DNA of 61,730 nt, taken from the IMG/VR virus record IMGVR_UViG_3300044972_000763, positions 1-61,730 of that record; one strand, given 5' to 3'. Each line of letters starts with the position of its first letter. Position 1 is the first letter of the stretch. The notes beneath the pieces are model-generated. The model was not told the origin of the DNA. It saw only the letters and a list, made by a program, of their open reading frames with translations, and ran no database searches. A program made the translations under genes and the position numbers. Of the stretch, positions 23,048 to 31,572 are shown one piece after another. This DNA comes from a virus.

Positions 23048-25489
23048 ATGAGTATTGATAAGCCTTTGGAGCATTCATTAGACAAAAAGCCTGCCGATGT
23101 TACTATTGGTGTTGTGAATCCCGAGGCAGTAACCATTGAGACCGAAGATGGTGGCGCCATTGTTATATTTGGTTCTGAAGAAAAAGATGAACCCGAGTTT
23201 GGCGCTAATCTAGCTGAGTATATTGATGATAGTGAACTTGGGCGTATTTCACAGGAACTAGTTTCTCATTTTGACAATGATATTCGGTCTAGGGCTGATT
23301 GGGAAAAGACATACAAGAGTGGTTTAGACCTTCTTGGTCTGAAGATTGAAGATCGTTCTACCCCTTGGGCTGGGGCTTGTGGGGTGTTTCACCCTATTCT
23401 GTCTGAAGCGGCGGTTAGGTTTCAGTCTCAGTCTATTATGGAGACCTTCCCTGCTGGTGGCCCCGTTCGAACCCAAATTGAGGGTAAGGTCACACCAGAA
23501 AAAGAGAAGCAGGCCCTTCGAGTTAAGAATGATTTAAACTATCATCTGACTAAAAAGATGAGTGAGTACCGATCCGAGCATGAGCGGCTTTTGTTTAGCC
23601 TTCCTTTGGCTGGGGCTGCATTTAAGAAGGTGTATTATGATCCTTCATTGGGGCGCCCGGTTGCTATGTTTGTGCCAGCAGAGGATTTAGTGGCGCCATA
23701 CGGGGCTTCTGACTTGGTTTCTTGCCCTCGTTATACCCACATCATGTATAAATATCCCAATGAATTGAAGAAGTTACAGGTTTCTGGGTTCTACCGGGAC
23801 ATGGATTTGCCTGAGCCTGTAACGCAGATTAGTCAAATTCAGCAGAGTAAAAATGAATTAACGGGCGAAACTGAGGCTAGTGCTGATGATCGCCACCAAC
23901 TCCTTGAAATGCACGTTGAATTGGACATTGAGGGATATGAGGACAAGGATGAGAATGGTGATCCCACTGGTATTGCCCTGCCTTATGTTGTCACTATTGA
24001 CCGCCAGAGTGGTTTGATTCTTTCTATCTATCGGAACTGGCGCCAAGATGATCCGTTGAACTTAAAGCGAATGCACTTTGTTCAATATGCGTATATTCCT
24101 GGGTTTGGGTTCTATGCCTTTGGTTTGATTCATTTGATTGGTGGTATTGCCAAATCTGCCACTTCCATTCTTAGGCAGCTTGTAGATGCTGGGACGCTGG
24201 CTAATCTCCCGGCTGGTTTGAAGGCTCGTGGTTTGAGAATTAAAGGCGACAGTACGCCTTTAATGCCGGGTGAGTTTAGGGACGTTGATGTTCCTTCGGG
24301 CGCCATTAAGGACGCTATTACCTTCCTTCCGTATAAGGAGCCCTCTCAGGTGCTTGCCGCCCTGTTAGGGACAATGGTGGAAGAGGGGCGCCGGTTTGCT
24401 TCTATTGCTGACTTGCAGATTGGGGACTCAAACCAACAGGCCCCGGTAGGCACCACGCTTGCTCTGATGGAGCGGGCGATGAAGGTTATGTCTGCCGTCC
24501 AAGCGAGGCTTCATGCTTCCTTGGCGCAGGAATTGGATATTCTTGTTGAGATTATCAAGACCCACGCGCCTGATGAATATGAATATGAGACTGATCCGGG
24601 TGCTACCCGTGGTAAGGATTATGATGATCGGGTAGATGTGATTCCAGTTACCGATCCCAATGCGGCTTCTTTGTCGCAGCGGGTGGTTCAATATCAGGCA
24701 GCCCTACAGTTGGCGGCACAAGCCCCGAATATGTATGACTTGCCTGAACTACATCGGCAGATGCTCGCTGTGCTTGGTATCAATGATATTGATAAAATTA
24801 TCCCTTCGACCAAAGACAAACGGCCTGCCGACCCCATTTCTGAGAATATGGACATTCTAAACGGCAAACCCGTCAAGGCGTTCATTTATCAGGATCATGA
24901 GGCCCATATTCAAACTCATATGTCAGCCATGCAAAACCCTCGTATTATGGCGCTCATTGGGCAGAACCCGATGGCCGGGGGTATCCAGGCCGCTATGATG
25001 GCCCATATCAATGAGCATATCGCCTTCCAGTATCGCCGGGAGATTGAAGAACAACTTGGCGTCCAACTGCCAGAACCTAATGCTGAGTTGCCGGAAGATG
25101 TGGAAGTGATGCTGTCTAAGCTGGTTGCCGAGGCTTCTAATCGCCTTCTGGCAAAGGATCAGGCAGAGGCGCAGCAGCAGCAGATTCAACAGCAGATGCA
25201 AGACCCGGTGGTTCAAGCGCAGATGCAGGACGCTCAAAATAAACAGATGGAAGTCCAGCGTAAGATCGCCAAAGATCAAGCTGACAATATGGCAAAGGCG
25301 GACCAGCGGCAAATTGAGCGTGATCGGATTGAATCTCAGGAGCGTATTGCCGGGGTTAATGCCGGGATTAAGGCATCAAACGAGCGTGATAAGAATATCA
25401 TGACTGCCGATAAGAATAGGACTGATGCAAAGCTGGCTGGGTTTAAGGCCGGTCATGAAATGATGAGGGGCCTCAATGGATCAGTTTGA
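23048..25489 (+). CDS. portal protein (813 aa)
   Basis: Large ORF immediately after terL. RBS GGAGAG upstream. Gln/Glu-rich coiled C-terminal region. Assigned mainly by size and position. Confidence 0.7.
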   Translation: MSIDKPLEHSLDKKPADVTIGVVNPEAVTIETEDGGAIVIFGSEEKDEPEFGANLAEYIDDSELGRISQELVSHFDNDIRSRADWEKTYKSGLDLLGLKIEDRSTPWAGACGVFHPILSEAAVRFQSQSIMETFPAGGPVRTQIEGKVTPEKEKQALRVKNDLNYHLTKKMSEYRSEHERLLFSLPLAGAAFKKVYYDPSLGRPVAMFVPAEDLVAPYGASDLVSCPRYTHIMYKYPNELKKLQVSGFYRDMDLPEPVTQISQIQQSKNELTGETEASADDRHQLLEMHVELDIEGYEDKDENGDPTGIALPYVVTIDRQSGLILSIYRNWRQDDPLNLKRMHFVQYAYIPGFGFYAFGLIHLIGGIAKSATSILRQLVDAGTLANLPAGLKARGLRIKGDSTPLMPGEFRDVDVPSGAIKDAITFLPYKEPSQVLAALLGTMVEEGRRFASIADLQIGDSNQQAPVGTTLALMERAMKVMSAVQARLHASLAQELDILVEIIKTHAPDEYEYETDPGATRGKDYDDRVDVIPVTDPNAASLSQRVVQYQAALQLAAQAPNMYDLPELHRQMLAVLGINDIDKIIPSTKDKRPADPISENMDILNGKPVKAFIYQDHEAHIQTHMSAMQNPRIMALIGQNPMAGGIQAAMMAHINEHIAFQYRREIEEQLGVQLPEPNAELPEDVEVMLSKLVAEASNRLLAKDQAEAQQQQIQQQMQDPVVQAQMQDAQNKQMEVQRKIAKDQADNMAKADQRQIERDRIESQERIAGVNAGIKASNERDKNIMTADKNRTDAKLAGFKAGHEMMRGLNGSV

Positions 25490-25673
25490 GGACGGCATTC
25501 TTATTGCGGTGAGGAAGAAAATTCGCGCGACCATGGATCAAATTGCAGACAACATTGCCTGCGGTGGTTGCGCTTCATTTGAGGAATATAAACGCCAGAC
25601 CGGGATTATCGAAGGTTTGGCGCTTGCGGAACGGGAACTCCTTGATTTACTTGAAAAATATCAGGAGTCCTAA
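25476..25673 (+). CDS. hypothetical head-module protein (65 aa)
   Basis: Track ORF that overlaps the portal stop. Confidence 0.5.
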   Translation: MDQFEDGILIAVRKKIRATMDQIADNIACGGCASFEEYKRQTGIIEGLALAERELLDLLEKYQES

Positions 25674-25727
25674 GTATTCATCCCATAGTGGGATGCAGGG
25701 CGCTTACCAGCCCTTAATTGGTATGCG

Positions 25728-26138
25728 ATGGGTGTAGTAATGGAATTGGACTATAAGAAGATTGACCTGAATAGTTTGAAATTGGATTCAGGTATTGAAG
25801 GTAAGCCTAATGTATTGCCTGATCCTAAAGGCTACAAGATGCTTATTATTTTGCCAGAGTTTGAGGAAAAGACTTCTGGCGGTATTCTCCTTCCGGGGCA
25901 GGCGCTTGAGCGTGAACAAACCGCTTCTGTGGTTGGGTTTGTGCTGAAGATGGGCGACCTTTGCTATAAGGACGAGAATAAGTTTCCCACGGGGCCTTGG
26001 TGCCAGGAAGGGGATTGGGTTGTATTTCGCGCCTATTCCGGCTCCCGCATTAAGATTCATGGCCGGGAGTTTCGTCTAATCAATGACGATACTGTAGAGG
26101 CTGTGGTTGATGATCCGAGGGGGATTACCCGCGCATGA
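25728..26138 (+). CDS. GroES/Cpn10-like co-chaperonin fold protein
   Basis: MLIILPEFEEKTSGGILLPGQALEREQTASVVGFVLKMG...EGDWVVFRAYSGSRIKIHGREFRLINDDTVEAVV parallels the GroES pattern (ekT.gGI.lP ... G.V.avG ... GD.V.f). Confidence 0.55.
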   Translation: MGVVMELDYKKIDLNSLKLDSGIEGKPNVLPDPKGYKMLIILPEFEEKTSGGILLPGQALEREQTASVVGFVLKMGDLCYKDENKFPTGPWCQEGDWVVFRAYSGSRIKIHGREFRLINDDTVEAVVDDPRGITRA

Positions 26139-27055
26139 GCGACATTGAAGATAAGGACGCTGAGGCGCCTGAATTTGAAATCATTGTAGAGGATGACACC
26201 CCGGAGGCCGATAAGGGCCGGGTTGTTGCCCCAGAGCAAACCGAGTCCGACGACGACATTAAGGTTGGGGACGACGAGGCCACACGATACAATAAAGATG
26301 TCCAGAAGCGGATTAAGGACTTGTCCTTTAAGGCCCATTCTGAACGCCGGGCCAAGGAAGCTGCCGCTAAGGAACGTGATGAGGCGGTTCGCTTTGCCCA
26401 AACTCTTATGGAGAAAAACAAGCAACTAGAGAATCTAAGGGTTTCTCAGGAAACCGCTCTGGTTGAACAGGCAAAAGGCCGGTCTGAATCTCAGATTACC
26501 CTTTTGAAGCGGGCCGCAAAGGAAGCCTTTGAGGCGGGCGATACCGAGAAGTTCATGGAGTTTAATGAGCAACTTCAAAGGTCTATCGTTGAAAATGAGC
26601 GGTATAAAGGTTATCGGGCGCCGGAGCCTGAAGCCCAAGTTCATCAACTTCCTCCCCCGCCACCAAAGCCGGATGCCAAGGCCGAGAAATGGTATGAGGC
26701 CAATAGTAATTGGTTCCAGGCGGAAGGTGATCTACAAGAAGAAATGACTGCTTATGCTTTCGGTGTGTCAGACATTCTAAGAAAAAAAGATGTTGACCCC
26801 CGTTCTGATAAGTATTATGAAGAAATTGACGCTAGAGTTCGTCAAAGATTTCCGGAATACTTCGGAAAACAGTCTGAGTCGGCAAGTTACGCGACGACTA
26901 AGGCTCCTTCGGTAGTGGCCCCCGCTGGTCGGGCGGTCAAGAATGCTACCCGCCAAGTGCGTATATCTGAGTCCACCATGCGATTTATCCGCAAAGCTGG
27001 AATCACGCCCCAACAATATGTTGAGCAATACATGAAGGATAACCCCAATGGCTGA
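26135..27055 (+). CDS. putative scaffolding protein (306 aa)
   Basis: Acidic N-terminus and long charged helical regions. Sits between the portal and capsid genes. Confidence 0.5.
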   Translation: MSDIEDKDAEAPEFEIIVEDDTPEADKGRVVAPEQTESDDDIKVGDDEATRYNKDVQKRIKDLSFKAHSERRAKEAAAKERDEAVRFAQTLMEKNKQLENLRVSQETALVEQAKGRSESQITLLKRAAKEAFEAGDTEKFMEFNEQLQRSIVENERYKGYRAPEPEAQVHQLPPPPPKPDAKAEKWYEANSNWFQAEGDLQEEMTAYAFGVSDILRKKDVDPRSDKYYEEIDARVRQRFPEYFGKQSESASYATTKAPSVVAPAGRAVKNATRQVRISESTMRFIRKAGITPQQYVEQYMKDNPNG

Positions 27056-27491
27056 TCGTACTCCCCGTTCCCTTGATCTCCGTGAGAATGCGGGGCGCGT
27101 AGCCTCTTGGAAACCCCCTTCTATTCTTCCCGATCCAAACCCGCAAGAGGGTTATGTTTTCCGTTGGGTTAGTGTTGCGGCAGGCGGCGAAGATCAAGCC
27201 GCTAATGTCACGGCACAAATGAATGAAGGTTATGAGCCTGTTCTCGCATCAGAACACTCCGAGATTAAGGTTCGGCGCCCGAAAAATGCGGAGTTTGGCG
27301 AAAATATCCTTATTGGAAATTCGCTGCTTTGTAAGGCCCCGGCAGAAATCATCAATCAACGCGCGCAGCATTATGAAAATTGGACACGGCAACAGATTGA
27401 TGCTGTGGACAATAATATGTTTCGGGAGAATGACCCTCGCGCGCCTCTGCTTCGCCCTGAGCGGGCATCAAGCGTTATGAGGCACCGTTGA
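27048..27491 (+). CDS. head-module protein of unknown function (147 aa)
   Basis: Track ORF, coupled to the scaffold gene. Confidence 0.55.
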   Translation: MADRTPRSLDLRENAGRVASWKPPSILPDPNPQEGYVFRWVSVAAGGEDQAANVTAQMNEGYEPVLASEHSEIKVRRPKNAEFGENILIGNSLLCKAPAEIINQRAQHYENWTRQQIDAVDNNMFRENDPRAPLLRPERASSVMRHR

Positions 27492-27543
27492 TATGGGAAT
27501 GGTCCTGTATCAATTCTCAATTTTTTTCTGAAAGGAAAAGTAG

Positions 27544-28164
27544 ATGGCTCTTACATCTGCTCCGTATGGGCTTCAGCCCATTAACCTTTTGGGTGGGCAG
27601 GGCTTCGCTGGTTCGACTCGGTTGTATTCGATTCCGTCCGGCTTGGCTGTGAACATTCAAACTGGTGATCCGGTTATTGTCGTTAATACCGGCGCCAATC
27701 GCGGCACGATTACCCGCATGAACACCACCACGACTGCTACTACCGTTACTTCTACGGGCGGTGGCTTTGGTTTTGTTGGTGTGTTTGTGGGTTGCACCTA
27801 CACCGATCCGGTGTTTGGTAAGATTTTCCGTCAAACCTATGTTTCTGGTACGGTTGCTTCGGACATTCAGGCTTATGTCGTGGATGATCCTGACGCCATG
27901 TTCCAAATTCAGGCTGATGGTTCTCTTGGTCAGACTGCGCTTGGGTGCAATGCGTCCCTGATTCAAACGCGCGCTGGTGGTTCTGGTTACTTTGCTTCTG
28001 GCCTTGCGTTGCAGGCTTCGAGCGTTGCCACCACTGCCACGCTTCCGCTGCGAATTGTGGATTATGTAACCATTGGCGATGCCTTTACTGATGTGGTGGT
28101 GCGTATCAACACTCACTTCCATCGGTCAGGCAATACCGGCATTGCCGGTACAGCGGCGTCGTAA
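27544..28164 (+). CDS. putative capsid decoration/auxiliary capsid protein (206 aa)
   Basis: Track ORF directly upstream of the major capsid gene. Thr/Gly/Val-rich. RBS AAAGGAAAAG upstream. Confidence 0.4.
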   Translation: MALTSAPYGLQPINLLGGQGFAGSTRLYSIPSGLAVNIQTGDPVIVVNTGANRGTITRMNTTTTATTVTSTGGGFGFVGVFVGCTYTDPVFGKIFRQTYVSGTVASDIQAYVVDDPDAMFQIQADGSLGQTALGCNASLIQTRAGGSGYFASGLALQASSVATTATLPLRIVDYVTIGDAFTDVVVRINTHFHRSGNTGIAGTAAS

Positions 28165-28177
28165 GGAGGGCTGAGAT

Positions 28178-29086
28178 ATGGCTATTAGTCGCGCACAGCT
28201 TCTTAAAGAACTGCTGCCGGGTTTGAACAAGCTGTTTGGCTTGGAATATAACCGCTATGGTGAACAGCATAAGGAAATCTATGAGGTGGAAACCTCGGAG
28301 CGTTCCTTTGAAGAGGAAGTGAAACTTTCTGGCTTCGGGGCCGCGCCCGTGAAGAACGAAGGTATGCCGATTGCGTATGATAACGCGCAAGAGGCGTTCA
28401 TTGCCCGCTACAACCATGAAACGATTGCCCTTGGTTACTCCCTTACGGAAGAAGCCTTTGAGGACAATCTGTATGAAAGCCTCTCGATCCGCTACACGAA
28501 GGCCCTGGCTCGCGCTATGGCTTACACGAAGCAGATCAAAGCGGCTGATTTGCTGAATCGTGGTTTCACCACCTTCCAATCTGGCGATGGTGTTACCCTG
28601 TTTAGCACGGCTCACCCGCTGGTTGGCGGTGGTGTCAACAGCAATCGCCCGACAGTCGGCGCGGATTTGAATGAAACCTCCCTTGAGGCGGCGGTAATTC
28701 AGATGGCGCTTTGGACGGACGAGCGTGGTCTGCTTATCGCGGCCAAGCCGCGTAAGCTGATTGTCCCGCCGCAGCTTCAGTTTGTTGCTACCCGCATTCT
28801 CGAAACTGCGCTTCGTGTCGGGACTTCGGATAACGACCTTAACGCGCTGAAGAATAACGGTTCTATTCCTGAAGGCTATACGGTCAACAACTTCCTGACT
28901 GATCCGAATGCTTGGTTCCTTAAAACTGACGTTCCGAATGGCATGAAGCACTTTGTTCGTGTGTCTCAGGAAACCAAGACTGACGGTGACTTTGATACCG
29001 GCAATATCCGCTGGAGGGCGCGTGAACGTTACTCCTTTGGTGTCTCGGACGCTCTCGGCATCTTTGGAAGCCCCGGAAGCAATTAA
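28178..29086 (+). CDS. major capsid protein (HK97-fold type, 302 aa)
   Basis: RBS AGGAGGG upstream and a strong terminator immediately downstream. The sequence style (AHPLVGGG...LIVPPQL...) recalls HK97-like capsid proteins. Also supported by position in the head module. Confidence 0.7.
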   Translation: MAISRAQLLKELLPGLNKLFGLEYNRYGEQHKEIYEVETSERSFEEEVKLSGFGAAPVKNEGMPIAYDNAQEAFIARYNHETIALGYSLTEEAFEDNLYESLSIRYTKALARAMAYTKQIKAADLLNRGFTTFQSGDGVTLFSTAHPLVGGGVNSNRPTVGADLNETSLEAAVIQMALWTDERGLLIAAKPRKLIVPPQLQFVATRILETALRVGTSDNDLNALKNNGSIPEGYTVNNFLTDPNAWFLKTDVPNGMKHFVRVSQETKTDGDFDTGNIRWRARERYSFGVSDALGIFGSPGSN

Positions 29087-29100
29087 CCTTCTAAACAAGG

Positions 29101-29124
29101 AAGGGGGTGAAAGCCCCCTTTTTT
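29101..29124 (+). terminator. rho-independent terminator after the capsid gene
   Basis: AAGGGGG-TGAAAG-CCCCCTT followed by TTTTTT. Confidence 0.75.
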
Positions 29125-29178
29125 GTTGCCAAAAATATATACATTATGCTATACAGATTTAGTAGATAGGAGTCTGTA

Positions 29179-30942
29179 ATGGCAAACCAAAACTCATGGA
29201 AAGCTTCGGCTGCAAGTCGCAGAAAAATTGCCGAATTAAAATTTTGGGAATCTGTATCAAGTCTTTATGGGGATTCCTTGGATTTTACTGATTTCCAATA
29301 TCAGGGGGCTACTACGTCCTGTTTTGTGTCCTGCATTAAGCATGGACCGTTCAAAACAAAACCAACGTACCTTGTGAATGGATATGGCTGCCCATCATGC
29401 GGAAGAGAAAAAATCAAAGAAGCGGCGATGGGCAAGCGCCTTGGGTTTGATGGTTTTGTTTCTAAAGCTATGGAAATACACGGTAATTTATATTCATATC
29501 CAGAACAAGAATATGTGACAAATAAAGATAAGGTAAAAATTATCTGCTCGAAGCATGGAGAGTTTTGGCAGAAGCCCAACTCTCACCTTTCTGGCAAGGG
29601 CTGTTATGAGTGCGCTAATGATTCAAAAAGAGCCAGAAATTCGGCTGTAAGCGCGCTTACAAAAAGTGGATTATTGGATAGGTTGATTGAGGCAAACCCA
29701 TCTTGGGAATATGATCTATCTTCTTTTACGGGGATGGCAAAAAATCTAAGAGCCATCTGCCCCGAGCATGGGGAATTTTATTCAACCCCAAATAATATGC
29801 TTCGCAATAGTGGCTGCCCAGGATGCGGCGAAAGAAAAATGCTAGCAGCATCCGCCGCCAGAAAGTTAACAACAGAACGGTGGATCGAAAGGGCTAAAGC
29901 TGTTCATGGCGGGAAATACCTATATTGTGATACCGTTTATGATACAAATGGGAAAATGGCGGTTCAATGCCCCAAGCATGGAGAGTTTCTTACAACTTCA
30001 GACCACGTGTATCAGGCAACTGGTTGCCCTAGGTGTTCTATACATTTATCTAAGGCCGAGGACGAAATTGCAAATTTATTAAAGATTTATACTGAGGTTG
30101 ACCAGCGTAATAGGTCATTGATTAAACCGCTCGAATTAGATATATTTTTACCCAAGCATGGTGCGGCTATAGAGTACTGCGGGGATTATTGGCACAGTCA
30201 TGGAGACCCCGACTCGGAAAAGGCGGGAATGGCCAAGCATCACAAGAAGTACAATTTGTGCGCCCAAATGGGAATTAGGCTTATCACTATATTTGAAAGC
30301 GAGTGGATGGGTCGAAGGGCGGCGATTAAGCGCATTTTGTTAAATTGCATAGGGAAAACAAGGGGCAGATTGATGGCCCGCAAATGTAGTGTCGGGCGCC
30401 CCACAAGCTCAGAAGCTAGAGATTTTTTTGAATTATACCACCCACAGGGAGGCAATGGCAACGGTGAGCATTACGCCCTTTATCATAATGCGAAGATAGT
30501 CGCCTGCATGAGGTTCACGCTTGGCGCCAATGACCGTGGCGTAGGCGCTGAGAGGTCTTGGACGCTATCTAGGTATGCTACTAGGGTTAATGTGGTCGGA
30601 GGCGCCTCTAGGCTTTTTAGTGCGTTTAGAGAAGAAAATGACCCTGATTTTGTAAAGTCGTTTTCAGACAATAGGTATTTTGAAGGAGAAATGTATAAAC
30701 GACTCGGCTTTGAGTTAGATGCTGAATTGCCGCCAGATTACATGGTTTGGAGTCATAAGGTTGGTTTGAAGCCAAAGTCTTATTATCAAAGAAAGTTTAT
30801 TCCCCAAAGGCTTTTGGACCATGGGATTCAAGACCCCTTTGAACCAAGCACAGACAATAGGACTGAGGCAGAAATGACATATCTAATGAAGTGTAGGAGA
30901 ATATATGATTGTGGCAAGAAAAGATGGGTTTGGCGCAAATAG
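29179..30942 (+). CDS. free-standing homing-endonuclease-like protein (587 aa)
   Basis: Four C-x-(K/E)HG-x-F ... GCPxC zinc-ribbon-like modules. A PD-(D/E)XK/Vsr-like core (SKAEDEI...ELDIFLPKHGAAIEYCGDYWHS). A C-terminal ARKC...FFELYHPQG...VVGGASRLF...FSDNRYFEGEMYKRLGF domain. Visibly AT-richer than the flanking genes. Confidence 0.6.
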   Translation: MANQNSWKASAASRRKIAELKFWESVSSLYGDSLDFTDFQYQGATTSCFVSCIKHGPFKTKPTYLVNGYGCPSCGREKIKEAAMGKRLGFDGFVSKAMEIHGNLYSYPEQEYVTNKDKVKIICSKHGEFWQKPNSHLSGKGCYECANDSKRARNSAVSALTKSGLLDRLIEANPSWEYDLSSFTGMAKNLRAICPEHGEFYSTPNNMLRNSGCPGCGERKMLAASAARKLTTERWIERAKAVHGGKYLYCDTVYDTNGKMAVQCPKHGEFLTTSDHVYQATGCPRCSIHLSKAEDEIANLLKIYTEVDQRNRSLIKPLELDIFLPKHGAAIEYCGDYWHSHGDPDSEKAGMAKHHKKYNLCAQMGIRLITIFESEWMGRRAAIKRILLNCIGKTRGRLMARKCSVGRPTSSEARDFFELYHPQGGNGNGEHYALYHNAKIVACMRFTLGANDRGVGAERSWTLSRYATRVNVVGGASRLFSAFREENDPDFVKSFSDNRYFEGEMYKRLGFELDAELPPDYMVWSHKVGLKPKSYYQRKFIPQRLLDHGIQDPFEPSTDNRTEAEMTYLMKCRRIYDCGKKRWVWRK

Positions 30943-31080
30943 TTTAAAGTAATTGAAAATACCTATTGCATGTTATCTCGCATGTGTCCTATATCAAAGG
31001 TAACCGGGTTTTAACTCGCCATACCAACTGCCCCGGCAGACAAGCACAGATGGTATGGTTGTTGTGCAGGAGTTTTATCA

Positions 31081-31557
31081 ATGGCTTTTTCATCTTTTAC
31101 TGGGCCACTTCGTTCTGGCCCCACCAAAGAAGGCCCGAACCGTAATACGGGTCTAGCCGTTCTTTCTCAATCCTGGGATTCTGGCGATCTAACTGGACGT
31201 GTTGTTGGCAGCACCGACACGGCGGTTTTTCGCTTGCCGCAGGGCGCGCAGATTGTCAGCATTTTTGTGGATCAAACTGTTGCCGCTACGGCTGGCACCA
31301 CCACGATTTCTGTGGGTAATGCTTCTGGTGGCGCTCAGTTGATGGCTGCTGTTGCTACCACGGCTGGTGGTCGTTTTACTGGCACGACGACTGCCGCGAC
31401 ACAGGCTGCTTGGCAGACCTCTACCACGGCTGATACCCAGGTATTTGTTCGTGTTACTGTCGCTACTGCCACGCTTACGGCTGGTCGAGCGATTGTCACT
31501 GTCAACTATGTTCAGCGTCTTGAGGACGGCTCCGCAAATCCGGCCAACAGCCTGTAA
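31081..31557 (+). CDS. virion structural protein (158 aa), Thr/Ala-rich
   Basis: Track ORF. RBS GCAGGAG upstream. Confidence 0.55.
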   Translation: MAFSSFTGPLRSGPTKEGPNRNTGLAVLSQSWDSGDLTGRVVGSTDTAVFRLPQGAQIVSIFVDQTVAATAGTTTISVGNASGGAQLMAAVATTAGGRFTGTTTAATQAAWQTSTTADTQVFVRVTVATATLTAGRAIVTVNYVQRLEDGSANPANSL

Positions 31558-31572
31558 TTAAGGGAGGGTCAG

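Noticed and set aside
27517-29098. Long minus-strand ORFs (27517..28122, 28106..29098) opposite the capsid genes
   Set aside because: They are antisense to strongly supported structural genes and have Arg/Ser/Asn-rich compositions typical of antisense frames.
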